From the human T2T-CHM13v2.0 reference genome, Homo sapiens, in NCBI RefSeq assembly GCF_009914755.1, contig NC_060933.1: a stretch of 64,000 nt of DNA. One strand, 5' to 3'. Position 1 is the stretch's first letter. The number at the start of each line of letters is the position of its first letter. Below the pieces are notes generated by a model that made no database searches, was not told the origin of the DNA, and worked only from the letters and a program-made list of their open reading frames with translations. Made by a program: the position numbers and the translations under genes. Of this stretch, positions 1 through 15,620 are shown one piece after another.

Positions 1-841
1 CACCCTCCTCGACCTCCCAAAGTTCTGGGATTACAGGCATGAGCCACCGTGCCTAGCTTTAATTCCACTCTTAAAGTATCCATGTCTACTAGTTTGAGGG
101 CCAGCCTGGGCCTGCCCAACCATTCCAGCCACCCTCTCACCAAGGCCCCCGGGCTCCATCCAGCAGTCCCACCACTAGCAGTCATCACTCCAACCATAAC
201 AACAGCCAGCACGTTCCAAGTACCCACCAGGTGCCAGGCACCTTTCCCCTTGCCTCGTTCAGGCCTCACTTAGCCTTCGGAGGCGGCATCAGCCTCTGCC
301 CCATTCCTGGATGCAGAAACAGGAGCTCTGAGAGGGCTGAGTCAGTTGCCCAGCATCACAAAGTCAGGGACAGGTCCCCCCTCCCAGGTTTTCCTGGTTC
401 AAAGCTGGCATTCCCGGCCTCTCTTGTCCCACAGGAGGCAAAAGCCCGTGCCTGGCACAGCCTGGGAATGGGAGGCAAGTCAGGGTCAGGGCTCAGGGAC
501 TCGGAGTTGGTTCATGCTGCTGCCAGAGGACAAAATTAACTCGATAAATAACAGATATGGCAGGGGGCGGGGTGCGCTCCTTTTAGAAAACTCGGCAGCT
601 CCGGGCACCCATGCCTGTGTGTGGGCTTTATGGAGCTAAGTTTTCATTGCAGGCCCCACATCCTGGCCGCAGCCTTCCTGCAGAGGAGGACGCGTGTTCT
701 TTTTAATTAAACCTGTCTGTTATCACAGCAGATTGCTACGAAGGGAGGCCCATTAGCGGAGCGGCAGCTGTTGGGAAACCGCTTGCCACACTGAGCACAC
801 GGGCCCTGGAACTCTCGACGGGGCCAGCATCCCTGACCCTT

Positions 842-871
842 CCCCTGCCCCTGCCCCTGCCCCTGCCCCTG
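842..871 (+). repeat. (CCCCTG)5 hexamer repeat, G-quadruplex-capable on the minus strand
   Basis: cccctgcccctgcccctgcccctgcccctg. Confidence 0.85.
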
Positions 872-1622
872 CTGCAACACCAGCGAGGAGCTCTGGGCAG
901 GGCCTCCCACGCCCAGCCCCACTATGCACCAGGAGACACCTGCCACCCAGAGCTCCTACTAAGCAGGGGAGCCTCCCACCCCAGGAACACAGCTCTGGGG
1001 ACAGAGAAACCTGGATGGGATCCTGGCGCAGCCACTTGTTGGCAATGTGGTCCCAGGACAGTACCTCAGCTCTTTGGTAATGATGAGGCACAGCTCCCAT
1101 ACACCGACGCACCCAGCTTCAGGTACACAATCCGACGACCTCCACAAAGCTTCACGAAGTAGGGACTGTTGTCCTCATTTTACAGATAGGGAAACTGAGG
1201 CTCAGGAACAACTGACCGGGTTACACCGCTTGAATATGGCTGAGCTAGGATTTCAATGGACCACAGGCTCAGCTTCCCTAGCTAGGAAACGCAGATAATG
1301 GTCTTCACCTGGGAATGTGGGTGGGGGTGGGGGAGTTATTAATAAATAAGGCAGTGAAGGGCGTGGAGTGAGCGTCCATAAATGGCTGCAATTTTTATAT
1401 GAACGTTGTAATTTAAGCACATGACTGGCCCTTAGCCCCATTTTCCAGATGATGAAACTGAGGCTCTGGCCCTCATAGTCCCCGGTAATCCCCCCTCCTA
1501 TATCACCCCACACCTGGTCATGCCAGCAGCCTCCCCACCACCTTTCCTAATCTTTTGCCTGTCTCTTCTCCACTGGGCACCAGAACAATTTCTCATTCTC
1601 TCATCAAAATAATGTGGATTTG

Positions 1623-2620
<998 letters not shown>

Positions 2621-3267
2621 TCATTTCTTTCTGTCCTTTCCCTGTTCACCCATTCATTCATTCATTCACTGAGTATAGACTGAGTGAGCTCCTACTTGTG
2701 CCAGGCCCTGTATGTGGTGCTGGGGAAGCCGTGGTGGAGAAGACTGACCTGGTCCCAACCCTCGGGAGCCTGACGCTGATGGGAGAGATGGATACTAAAC
2801 AGACAAGCACATGGGCGATATTGAACCCCACGTATAACTGCCACACTGCTCACTCAATGGCCTTCAACAGGGGCACTGACCCAGCTGGGATCAGGGAAGG
2901 CTCCTGGGGGAAGTGCCATTACATCTGAGCCTGGAGAGGCATTGATTTTGCCTGCACGTCTATATACCTCTGAGGTTGGAGATATTTTTCTAGAACTTCT
3001 GGCCATGTCTCTCCTCGGTGCTCGTTACAGCCTCAGGGCACCTGCACTTTGCTGCCCCTCGAACCCTTCCTGTACCTCCACTCCTTGCAGTGGCTGTGTC
3101 CACTGTCTAGGATGCCCTCCCCTCTCTTCCTGGGCCTGTTGATGAACTTCTATTAATCCTTCAAAGCCCAGAGCGCTTGTCTCCTCCCCCCTCCTCACGG
3201 GAAGTCTTCCCAAATGCCCATCCTAGAATGGCAGGGTTAGTCACTCTTCTTTTTCAATCCCTCAAAA

Positions 3268-3555
3268 TGTTTTTGTTTTTTTGAGACAGAGTTTCACTCC
3301 TGTCACCCAGGCTGGAGTGCAGTGGTGCAATCCTGGCTCACTACAACCTCCACTTCCCGGGATCCTACCTTAGCCTCCTGAGTAGCTGGGATTACCGGCA
3401 CGTGCCACCATGCCTGGCTAATTCTTTTGTATTTTTAGTACAGATGGGGTTTCACCAGTTGACCAGGCTGGTCTCGAACTCCTGACCTCAAGTGATCCAC
3501 CCGCCTCGGCCTCCCACAGTGCTGGGATTACAGGCATGAACCACTGCTCCCGGCC
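3268..3555 (-). mobile_element. Alu
   Basis: Reverse Alu consensus. Confidence 0.9.
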
Positions 3556-4299
3556 GTTCAATCCCCCAAAACTTTTGACTATAGCTGGGTTGTGTCTCTC
3601 CCACTGGTCTGGGCCTCCAGGGCCCAGCTCAGGGCACTGCCCCTTAGAGTGGGCAATGAGGGAGGAAGACCTTTTCCGCGGGGTGCCCTGGAATACTATA
3701 GGGCTATAAAACCAGCTGGGTTCATTCGGCTTGGCAGTGAGGCCTTGTCGTTCGCTCTGGCCCCCATCTGCCTCCAGGGGCATGACAGCCACTGCCTGTA
3801 GCTGGGAGGTGGCAGGCTGCACCATGCATGCTCCTGAACCCTAACTTGCTCCAGGTAGGGGTGGAGTGGCTACACCACAGAGGCCCTTCCCTGGACCAGC
3901 CCCTTGTGCCTGGCTTCACCCGTGTCAGGCCTGCTACTCCCCCAGGCGGGAGGGAGTGTGCAGCAGCCTGGGCACTTTGGTGCCTCCGTCCTCAGTGGCG
4001 AGGGTCTAGGTGAATTAAGCTCCATATGGGAGACAGGTCACTCTAATGGCCTAAATTTAATAGCTTCACATACTTGACCAGTAACCGTGTGGTCCCCTCC
4101 CACCCTGAGTCTTCCCCCACTATGTGGCTTTCTCTGACCAACAGGATGTTTGCAGATGTGACACAAACAGAGGTTTGGGCATTGCCAGCCAACTCCACTT
4201 GCCCCTGCTGCACTAGGATCACTCGCTTTGCCCATCTCACCATGGGCCTATGTCTAGGCAACCTGCTGGAGGATGTGGGGGACACAAGGAGGAAAGCCG

Positions 4300-4480
4300 A
4301 GGTGCCCGGCTAAGGCTGCCCACAACCAGCCAGTCCCCAGCCAAACTGCCAGCTGACCACACATGCCTGCGTGAGCCCAGCCAAGATCAGTCAAATCCAT
4401 AGACACGTAAGATACGATGCATAGTTAGTTGGAAACCACTAAGTTTTAGAATTGTTACCCAGCAATAGCTGACTGATACA
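4300..4480 (+). mobile_element. Old MLT1 (J/K-like) LTR 3' part
   Basis: ccactaagttttag...cagcaatagctgactgataca terminus. Confidence 0.6.
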
Positions 4481-4740
4481 CTCCAGCTCTATGGTGGCAC
4501 ACAATACAGCCATTGAAAAGAATGAGGTATCAGGAGGCTGAGGTGAGAGGACCACTTGAGCCCAGGAGGTCGAGGCTGCAGTGAGCTATGACGGCACCAC
4601 TGCTCTCCAGCCTGGGCAAAAGAGCAAGACCTTGTCTCTAAAAAACAAAAATAAAATAAAATAAAAATTTTAAAAGAATGAGGCAGCCCTTTATGTTCTG
4701 ACATGGAAAAGTTCCCGGGATATATTAAGATAAAGAAATT

Positions 4741-5372
<632 letters not shown>

Positions 5373-5594
5373 GTAAGGTGCAGGTATTGTCCACGGAATG
5401 CTACCATTTATATAGAAGAGAAAAAAAGAAATAGCAGGTATTTGCAACCTGTAGACTCTCTCTGGAAATCTCTAAGTCCCCGGTATCAGTGGTTGCTTCT
5501 TGGGAGGGGCCAGGGACCTGTGGACAACAGGGGAGCGAAAGAGAGGAAGACAGACACTTCAAAGCCTTATTATCTTATTTTATACCACTTTTGA

Positions 5595-5953
<359 letters not shown>

Positions 5954-6904
5954 TTAGGGAATAAATCACCTGTTTTTCCAATATAATGGTTTTACTATTT
6001 TTCTTTGGTGTAAAGCTTTGTTGTCTATTCACCTGTGTTCAGATCCCAGCCCCCACCACTTCCTGGCTCTGGGCCTTGGCAAGGGGCTTCTCCCCAGGAG
6101 CCCCAGGATGGCAGCCCTGGGGGGAATGAGAATGACATGCGTTTGGTGCCCGGCACATGGCGGGTGCTCCCCCGTTCTGAGGGCCGCCCGCACACTCCGT
6201 TCAGCCTGGAGCCCCTCTCCCCCTGGTGTGGGCCGGGACCACTTCTGGCTTCAGCTGGGACCTTCTCTCCCCTTAGGAGTGGTCCTGACCAGCTCTGACC
6301 CCAGGCTTGGCCAGGGAGTCCCCCCATGGAGCAGGGACCTGGGAATAGCGGCCCCCAAAGAAGGAGTCCTCCTCTGAGGCTCAAGTCCCGGCAGCCCTCA
6401 TGTCTCTGCCGGCATCTGAGGCCCATGTGTGCGCTCTGCTGGCCAGGGGTTTGGCTTCCTTGTTTTATGACTCCCTAATCCTCACTTGGCAGAGAGGAAG
6501 TGGTGGGCCCGCCTGGCCGCGCAGAGAGTGACCAGAGGATCGGCAAAGGAAAGATTCATGGACCATCAGAAGGGCCCTTTGCCTCCGAGGCCGCCCCAGC
6601 CCTTCACGTGGAGATAAATCACAGGCAGCAGGGAAAGATAAAAGGTGCGGGGATGCAAGCCCTGTCTTACGAGAAGAAATGTGCGCAGGGGACGTTTCCC
6701 TGAACTCCTGCAGAGCTGGACTGCTGACGTCTCCACGGGCTTCCTAACTCGGACTGGAGGGGACTCGAGTCCACTCCTTGTCTTCTCCATCCCATTGACT
6801 TCACAAGGCCCATCCCTTCAGGCCCCTAGCATGGTACTGACCTTGAGATGACCCTGAGACCCATTCCTCACACTTCTTCCTCCGATCCAAAAGATCTGGC
6901 TTGG

Positions 6905-7055
6905 AGGGCATTGGACCTGTGTGGTCACACAGACCCTGGAACTCAGAAGGGTCCTGCCCCTGGCTTAATACTCTCCTGTCATTGTGTTGAAATTCTTAGT
7001 AATTCTGGAGCGGACATTCCCACACTTCATTTTGCTCTGGGTCCTGCCTGGCCAG
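6905..7055. mobile_element. MER91-like hAT-Tip100 fragment
   Basis: ttgaaattcttagtaatt...cttcattttgctctgggtcctgc. Confidence 0.6.
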
Positions 7056-7642
7056 GAGTGGCTTTGGGCATCTGGGTGCCCGTACATCCTCTCCAGCAGA
7101 CGCCTACCAGGCACAGTTTGCACATCTCCGGCAATGAGGAGCTCACCTCCTCCTGGGCAGCCCCCCCAAGTCCACCATAGAGCAACAGAAGCTTGGAGGC
7201 CCTATCTCATGGTGGTGACAGGAATGGGTCCCAGGTCACCTTCCAGTCTTGGTGCCTCACTGGCTGTGTAACCTGGGGCATGTTATGGCGCCTCAGTTTC
7301 CGGTCTGCAGAATGAGGCTAATAATAGGGCTGTTGTGAGAATGAAACAATGTATTTGGCTTAATTTTGTGCTTAATCAATGATAGCTGTTTTTGTATTTT
7401 ACTAGAAAAGGCTGCCTTCCAGCAGATTGGGATCCTTAGGCCTGGCCAGTGGTTAGGGGGAGAAGGTGCAAAAAGATGCATAACCACCACCACCACCCCC
7501 AACCACCACCCCCAACCCCCATTCCCCTCCCCCCCCCCGCTCCCCCGCAACACACACAGCCAGAAGCTCCCCTTCTTTTGCCAACCTTGAAGGTCAAACC
7601 TGCGCACTTCACCTGGGCTCCACCGGTCAGGTGCCTTGTTCT

Positions 7643-7677
7643 CTGCTGCCATCTGCTGGCTGGTATGGGGCACTGCA
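7643..7677 (-). promoter_or_regulatory. CTCF motif with upstream (ZF9-11) motif
   Basis: Minus strand reads TGCAG-TGCCCCATACCAG-CCAGCAGATGGCAG. The core at 7646-7659 fully matches CCASYAGRKGGCRS. Confidence 0.7.
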
Positions 7678-8704
7678 TCACAGCTGGCACCAGGCTTCAT
7701 TTGTCCCCTTGGAAGAGGATCAAATAATTCTGCAAGTGTTTTCTGAGGACCTGCCTGGGCATTGAGGATTTGTCAGTAAACACAAAAGACAAAGTTCCTG
7801 CCCTCTTGGAGCTGACACTTCTGTGTGAGACATGGATAATAAGCAAGAAATCCAATCATGTGATTTCTGCTAGTAACAAGCAAAATTAAAAGAAGAAAAA
7901 TTTCAGACAGTGGGGAATGGCACTGGTGGACGGTAGGATAGTTTGTTCTGGGGCAGGGTCAGGAGAGAACAGGCTGAATGGTGGTCAGGTGGGACAGGAG
8001 AGCTCTGCTATCCAGCCAGTCCCACCAGCCCGGCTGCCTGCCCCCCACTGCTGCAATCTCTGTGACAACTGTGGGCAACTCCCTCTGCTGACCAGGACCT
8101 CAGTTTCCTTATCTGGAACACAGGGAGAATCACAGCCACTTCTCGAATTAGTACTGTTGTTTGGATTTAAAGGGATCCTGGAGGGGGAAACGTTTTGTGA
8201 AGTGTATTGTTCTCGTGAATTATATGCTTCGTGTTGTTAGCTGATGCTTGCTATGCACTTAACAGTGCAGAAACTCTGTTAAGCCCTTCTGTGGGTTACC
8301 TCACTGAGTCCTTAGGGGCACTGTCCTTGGGGACAGAAGCCTGGCAGCAATGAGGACTGAGGGCCTTACCCTCCTCCAGGATAGCAGCCTGCCTTTCCAC
8401 TCCCAGTCACCTCCATCCACTCTCCAGTCTTCACCTGGGATGAGACGGACCCATGAACAGGACAAGGAATGGATGAATGGACGAATGGATGAATAAATGG
8501 GTGAATGAGTAAACAGCAAAAAAAAAAAAAAAAAAAAAAGAAACCCTGTCTCTACTAAAAAAATACAGCCGAGCAGGTGGCTTACACCTGTAATCCCAGC
8601 ACTTTGGGAGACCAAAGTGGCCAAATCACTTGAGGTCAGGAGTTCGAGACCAGCCTAGCCAACAAGATGGAACCCTGTCTCTACTAAAAAAATACAAAAA
8701 AATG

Positions 8705-9890
8705 TATTTTTTTAATGATAAGTTGTACTTTATTAAAATTTAAAACTTCTGCTCTGCAAAAGACACTGTTTAGGGAATGAAAAGACAAGCCAGACTTCAA
8801 CAAAACATTTGCAAAACTTATATCTGAAAAAGTACTGGCATACAAAATACACAAAAAAAAACTCTTAAAACTCAACACATGAGAAAACAAACAGCCCAAT
8901 TTAAAAATGGGCAAAAGACCTGAACAGACACCTGACCAAATAAGGTATAGAGATGGTAAACAAGCATATGAAAAGAGGCTGAACCTACCTCATTAGGAAA
9001 CTGCGACTAAAACAAGACACCACTACACATCTATCAGAATGGCCAAAATACACAACACTGACAACATCAAATGCTGGCGAGGATGCAGAGCATCAGAAAC
9101 TCTCATTCATTGCTGGTGGGAATACAAAATTATACAGTCACTTTGGAAGACAGTTTGGCAGTTTCTTATAAAACGAAACATACTCTTACCACATGAGCCA
9201 GCAATCACACTCCTTGTTGTTTACCCAAACGAGCTGAAAACCTGTTCACACAAAAACCTGCACGTGGGTATTTATAGCAGCTTGATTCGTAATTGCCAAA
9301 AGTTGGAAGAAACAAAGATGTTCTTGCGTAGGTGATCAGATAAATAAAATATGGTATATCCAGACAATGGGATATTATTGGGCAATAAAAAGAAATGAGC
9401 TATCAAATCATGAAAAGACAGGGAGAAATCTTCTATGTATATTGCTAAGTGGGAGAAGCCAATGTGAAAAAGGTTACATACTGTAGGATTTCAACTATAT
9501 GTCATTCTAGAAATGACTAAACTGTGGAGATAGGCAAAAGATCAATTGTTGCCAAGGATTGGGGTTAGGGGATAAGAAAGGAAAGGATTAATAGGGGAGC
9601 ACTGGGGGCTTTTAGGGAAGTGAAACAATTCTTTATGATACTATCATGATGGATACATGTCATTATAAGCTTGTCAAAACCCATAGAATTGCAACACAGA
9701 GTAAATTCTAATGTAAACTATGGACTTTAGTTAATAATGTATCAACATTGGCTTATCAAATGTAACAAATGTAGAGCACTAATGCAAGATGCTAATTAAT
9801 AAAAGGGAAGCAAAGCATATGGGAACTCTGTGTTTTCCATTCAATTTTTCTGTAAACCTAAAACTGCTCTAAAAAATGAAGTCAATTAAT
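8705..9890 (+). mobile_element. L1MC-type LINE-1 3' fragment (ORF2 end plus 3'UTR)
   Basis: ORF 9039-9335 contains CWRGC...LIHCWWEYKIIQSLWKTVWQFL (ORF2 C-terminal Cys-rich region). An L1M-type 3'UTR follows. Confidence 0.85.
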
Positions 9891-9947
9891 TTTTTAAAAC
9901 ACACGCTAGCAACAACAACAAAAACTAGCAACAAACACACATCACAA

Positions 9948-10256
<309 letters not shown>

Positions 10257-10759
10257 TCACAGGGCAAAAATGAGATTAGGGGCCTGACACTCAAATACTT
10301 CATCAGTGACACACGTTGATTTGACTCATAATGACTAGAAAATAAATATTTTAAACAGTTAACAGCAAATTAAAAAAAAAAACCTGAAATGACCAATGTT
10401 GGTGTGACAAAGAACACCAGGTGTACATATTCATTGCTGCTCATCTTTTAGAGTAATATGATGCACCTAATAAGGGATCTGAATGGATGTGGCTGACATG
10501 CATGGTGAATGGAGTTAGCTATAGTAGCAATTGGAGGGGAGTATGTGTTTTGTGTATTCCTACAACCTAGTTCAGCTGGATGAAATATTCCTAGTGTTTC
10601 TTGTAGACAAAATCATGCATAAGAAAATGGGAAATTCGAGTAATGCTCAAATTTTCCCAAATGAATAAGTTAATTAATTGTGCCGGAGCAAATTTGGTTT
10701 TCAAAGCAGGCATTATCACACAACCGACTGTAGCATTAAAAGGCTTATTAAAACAATAG

Positions 10760-10985
10760 CCTTTGATTTCTTTCATCAATGTCTCATAGTTTTCAGTGTG
10801 CAGGTCTTTCACCTCCTTGGTTAAACTTATTCCTAAGCATTTTCTTTTTTTGCTCTCTATTGTAAATGGGATTGACTCTTGATTTCTTTTCAGATAGTTT
10901 GTTGTTAGTATATAGAAATGCTACTGATTCTTGTGCATTGATTTTGTACCCTGCAACTTTGTTTGTTTATTAGTTCTAACAGTTT
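10760..10985 (-). mobile_element. L1 ORF2 fragment
   Basis: Minus-strand KDLHTENYETLMKEIK, part of the L1 RT region. Confidence 0.75.
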
Positions 10986-11382
10986 AAAAAATTGTATTTT
11001 TATAGAGAGAAGGGCTGCCCTCACATCCAGCAGACTGTGGGCTCCCACACCAGAGAAGCATCATCTGTTGAGCACAACTTTCCCAGGCCAAACCATCCTC
11101 GGGACGCGAGGTGAGTTCCTGCCTCCTGTCTCCTCCCCTGTGTGACCCAGACATGCTGCCTACTCCCTCTGTGTCTCTATTTTCTCATCTTTAAAGTGGA
11201 GAGAACAGACAGGATGGACAGAGGCTTGTGAAATAACAGACGGGAAAGGGTTGCGTAAACTGCGAAGCGTGGTGCACACACAGCCCCAGTCGTCACTGCC
11301 ATTGATTGAGCACCTCCTAGTCCCCAGCACCGTGCTAAGCATTTTTCATGCATTTTCTCCTTCTTACCCTCACAACCCTGAA

Positions 11383-11475
11383 AGTGACCAGCTTGTCCCA
11401 GTTTGCCTGGAGCTTTCCAAGTTTTAGCACTGAAAACCCCATATCCTGGGAAGTCCCTTAGTTCTGGGCAAACCT
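11383..11475. mobile_element. MER81-like hAT-Blackjack fragment
   Basis: gtgaccagcttgtcccagtttgcctgg...ttttagcactgaaa. Confidence 0.65.
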
Positions 11476-14400
11476 TTAAAGTGAGAATATTTTCTCCGTT
11501 TTTCAGCTGAGGAAACTGAGGCTCAGAGTTTCACTTATCCAGGGTCCCACAGCAGAGAAAGGGCCCAGGTGTGTGGGCTCCAGAGCTGTCATCTAACTAA
11601 GGCACGTGGCGGGTTCCTGTGGACAGTGGGAGCCATAGAAGGTTCAGGGCAGTGGCAGGCTCATGTCCAGGAGGTCACTCCCCACCCCAGGCAGCCCTGT
11701 ATTGTCTAGCCATGGAGGTATCAGCCAGCAATGCACTGCAGAGAAAGACAATCTAAATGAACAGAAGAATCTGCCAGGGACCCTCCCTTCTTTGTTTAGG
11801 TTTCAACTTTGCAGATGCAAATGCTTCAAATAAGTTCAGTGTGGGCTCTGGGACCAAGATACTCAGGCTCCATTTGCTTCCAAGTGGCCTGTAGACCTTG
11901 TCCCCAGAACCCCTGGTGGGCGTGCTCACAGTTTTAGAGGTCTGAGGGTCCCTGGCAGAGCAGGAAGGGACCACATGCATTCTTGGGAGGCTGGGCCAGG
12001 GGTAGGAACACTCACACTCAGGGCCAGACAGGTTGGGGCAAAGCCTGGTCTGGAGCTTCTGTTGTCAGCCACAGTCCATTGAATGCTCAGTAAGCAAGCC
12101 TGTAGAATGCTCTGAATGCTCACTGTGGCTCGGTTAGGAAAGGCCTTGTTATATCCATTTCACAGATAGGTAAGCTAAGGCTGAGAAGGAGTATGACTTG
12201 CCCCAGGTCACCCAGTGGAAGTACCTGAGCTAGATCAGACCAGGGACCCTCAGCCTTCAAGCTCCACTGTTGGCCTCTATACCCTGCTGCCCGCAGACTC
12301 GTGGTGTGACCTGGGCATGTCTGCCCTATGCATCTTGGCAGCTTATCTGGAAGATGGGAATAAGAGTCTATACCTCCCAATGGGTTAAAAGGAGTCTAGA
12401 GATACTGTTTATAAAGCATTCGGGAGCAACCAGGCTCATGGCAATGAAAAGGATTGGTCGTTCTCATTAATACCCTATGAAGGTGATCTCCATATTCAAG
12501 TTCATGATCGTTGCTGTTTTTGCTGCTGCGGTGACTGCAATGTCTAGGAGCAAGAGGAGCTATTGATTGAGTACTTACGCTGTGCCCGGTTCTTTATGTG
12601 CATTAACTCATTAGTTCTCACTGCCAGCCTGAGACAGGCAGCATTACCAGCCTCAGTATGCAGGTGTGGACCCCGAGACCCAGAGAAGGCGCTCGCCATG
12701 ATCACTTAGCTACTAAATGGTAAGGCTGGGACTTGAAGCCATACAGGCTGGGGCTACATGGGGAGATTGATTCCATGGGATGGAGGCCCCCGGGGGCAGC
12801 TGGGACCCCTGGGACTCCTGGCTTTGGTGAGGGGCAGGGAGCTGGGGAGCTCTTGGTGCCCTGAGGTGCCATGGACACCCCAGTTGGCCCACTCTTAGCT
12901 CCCTTTGGCATTCCTATCTGTTTTCTCTGTAAAGTAGGACGTGAAGCCCACAAGGAAACCAGGATGCAGAAGTGGAGGACGGGTCGGGGCTGGGGTGGGA
13001 GAGAGAGCCACATTAGCCAAGTGGTCAGGACAGCCTTGCTGAAGGCTGACACTGAAGCCAAGCCCTGCAGCGTGCAAGGGAGCTCGAATTGTGAGGAGCC
13101 AGCTGGGTGTTCCAGGCAGACAGTGCACCTTGCTCCCAAGCCTGTTTCCCTCTCTGTACAGAGGCAAGGAAAGTGGAATTGTCCCTGCCCTCAGGGAGGC
13201 CACAGACTAAAGTGAGGCAGAATCCAGGCAGCTGTGACTCAGGCAAAAGCCAGGGACACACTTGGCTGGGCAAGCTCAGAGGAGGCGGCATTGCCTTTTC
13301 TGGGAAGGTCTGGGAGGGTCAGGAAGGTCTGCCTGGATGAGGGGACCTGGGAACCCAGCCTCAGGGAGCAGCAGGTGTGGGCTGCGGACCCTGGGAAGCC
13401 TGAGGGCTAGGACAGGGCCCTCCTAGGACTATAGCCTATGTCTCCAGTGGAGGGAAGGAGGGACCAATGGGTCTAGGGTCCAGGATGTGGGGCACGCAGC
13501 AGGCAGCAGGCAGGAGGCAGGGTCCTAACCCACGGCTCTGAACTTTTACCCTGGATGGGTAGGGAAGAACTGGAGCCGGATAGCAGAGGAGGACGGAGGC
13601 GATGGCCAGCGGGGCGGGGAGAGTAGGGAAGGGCCGCAGATGGGAAGCAGGTGGGGGGGTGGGAGGCCGGAGACAGATGAGGCCTGGACGGGGAGGAAAC
13701 AGAGAACAAGATGAGAGATAAGATTGCAAAGGCGTCAGACAGTGGCATGGCAGCCACAGAGCAGGGAGCAGCAACCAGGGTGGGGGAAGGGCAGGGCTGA
13801 GGGACCTAGGGAGGGACCAGGGACAGCTCCAGGTCATGCCCCTCCAGAGCCTGACCTGCTGTGTCCCCAGGCACTGTCCCGCTGTATCTGTAGTGCTGTC
13901 CTGTCACCAGCCACTGTCCAGCCATGTCCCCAGCCACAGCCCCCTGTGCCCTGACCCTGTCTGGTTGAAACTCATGCCTGCTGTTTAGGGGTATGCCTAG
14001 TATGTCCCCTGGGTCCCCAGCCACTGTTTGGCTGATCCCAACCTCTCCCCGTCTGTGTCCCGCAGTACTGGCCAGCCTGTCCTTGCCCAGGGACAGTGCT
14101 TCTGGCTCCCAGTGCACAGCATCCCTGTGCAGTGGGAGGGGAAGTCCAGGTGCACCTAGTTGGGCAGGCTGTGGTGTGGGGGCTCGCCCCAGCCCCCACA
14201 TTTCAGCAGCAGATAGAACTCAAAGGGAGTAGCCCTGGAGAAATCCATGCCCAGTGGAGTCCCAGGGAGCATTTAGAGGCCCCCTCTAGCTGGGGGTCTG
14301 GATGTCACTCCCAGCCCACCCAGCTTCCTGTGCATGCCTTATCGTAGATGGCCTGCAGGTGGCTCTGGGGACACAGGGACATTCAGAGCCTGCCGTGGCC

Positions 14401-15029
14401 CCTGACCTGAAGACATCAGCCCAAACCCTCCCACCTCTACCTGCACTGCAGATGCTGGCCCTAGGTGGCCGGGTGGACCCCCAGCTCCACCTCCTACTGC
14501 AGAGGCCTTGGCAAGATGTTTGGGTCAAGTCAATGGTGGCGCCTGCATCCCATGGGTTGATATTAAGAATGATGATGGCATGGCCCACAGTTGGACCTCA
14601 TTCGATTGGCATATGCCCACCCCCCAACCCCACCATCTCCACAGCTCTACTGGGAATAATGGAGTCTGAAGGACCCAACTGGAGGGTAAGACCACTGGCA
14701 TCAGGAACCCAGGGAGGTCTCTGCCCTATGGCCTGGGTTGAAAAACAAAGGTCCAAGCAGCGCTCTTTCTCCCTTTGAGCCAATTTGCAGCCGACCAGCA
14801 CTGAGTCTTCAGGGAAATGGGCACCAACCAGAGCGAGGTCCAGAGGCAGGACCACTCTGGACTTTGGGTAACTGTGGCGATCATGATGCAGGAAGCATGC
14901 CCAGTGCATGGAGTGGGGTGGGAGTTAAATCTTCGCCAGTGAATCCAAGGTAGTCATGAGTTTTGTTTCTGCAGCAAGTACAACTTGTGCCCAAGAAAAT
15001 GGGTGCCAAGCTGCGGGTGCAGCTGCATG

Positions 15030-15620
15030 CAGGCATTCACTGAGCACTTCCATTCCTTGCCATGCACCCGGCAGTGTTCCAGGGACACAGCAGTGAGCAA
15101 CACAGACCAACATCCCTGCCCTCATGGAACTCATGTTCCAGGAAAGTGGAGGATGGAGACAGGCAGTACACAACATTAATAAGCAGTAGGTTAGATGGTG
15201 CTGGGTGCTCCAGAGAAAAACAGAGCAGGAAAGGAGGGTAGGGAATGCTGGGGTGGGAATCACTAAGAGGTTACAAATAGTGTGGCCAAGGGGAAGTGCC
15301 GCCACACAGACATCTCAGGGAGGAGGTTTCCAGGCAGCGGGCACAGCAAGTGCAAATGTCCTGAGTCCAGTGCCTGCCCAGCACATCCAGGGAAGGAGGC
15401 ACTGGAGCAGAGCACGCTCAGACACCAGTGCGGGTCAGGTCACACACGGCTTTGCAGATGGTCATGGGACTTCTACTCTCAGTGCACTGGGGTCATGAGC
15501 AGAAGTAGGATGTGTGTTGACTTGAACTCTAAGAGACAGAAGCAGAGAAGCCAGTCATGAGCCATTGCTGTCTCTTCAGGCAGAAGGTGATGGCAATTCG
15601 GACCAGGGTAGAAGGGAAGT
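15030..15620. mobile_element. L2 fragments
   Basis: cattcactgagcac...gggacacagcagtgagcaacacagac...ccctgccctcatggaac motifs. Similar L2 pieces occur at ~2650-2940, 33920-35700 and 53430-53800. Confidence 0.6.

Noticed and set aside
530-790. Naming this element LARM1 or LARM2
   Set aside because: I cannot confirm the human LARM coordinates from sequence; they may lie left of this window.
9039-9335. 98-aa ORF as a gene
   Set aside because: L1 ORF2 C-terminal remnant.
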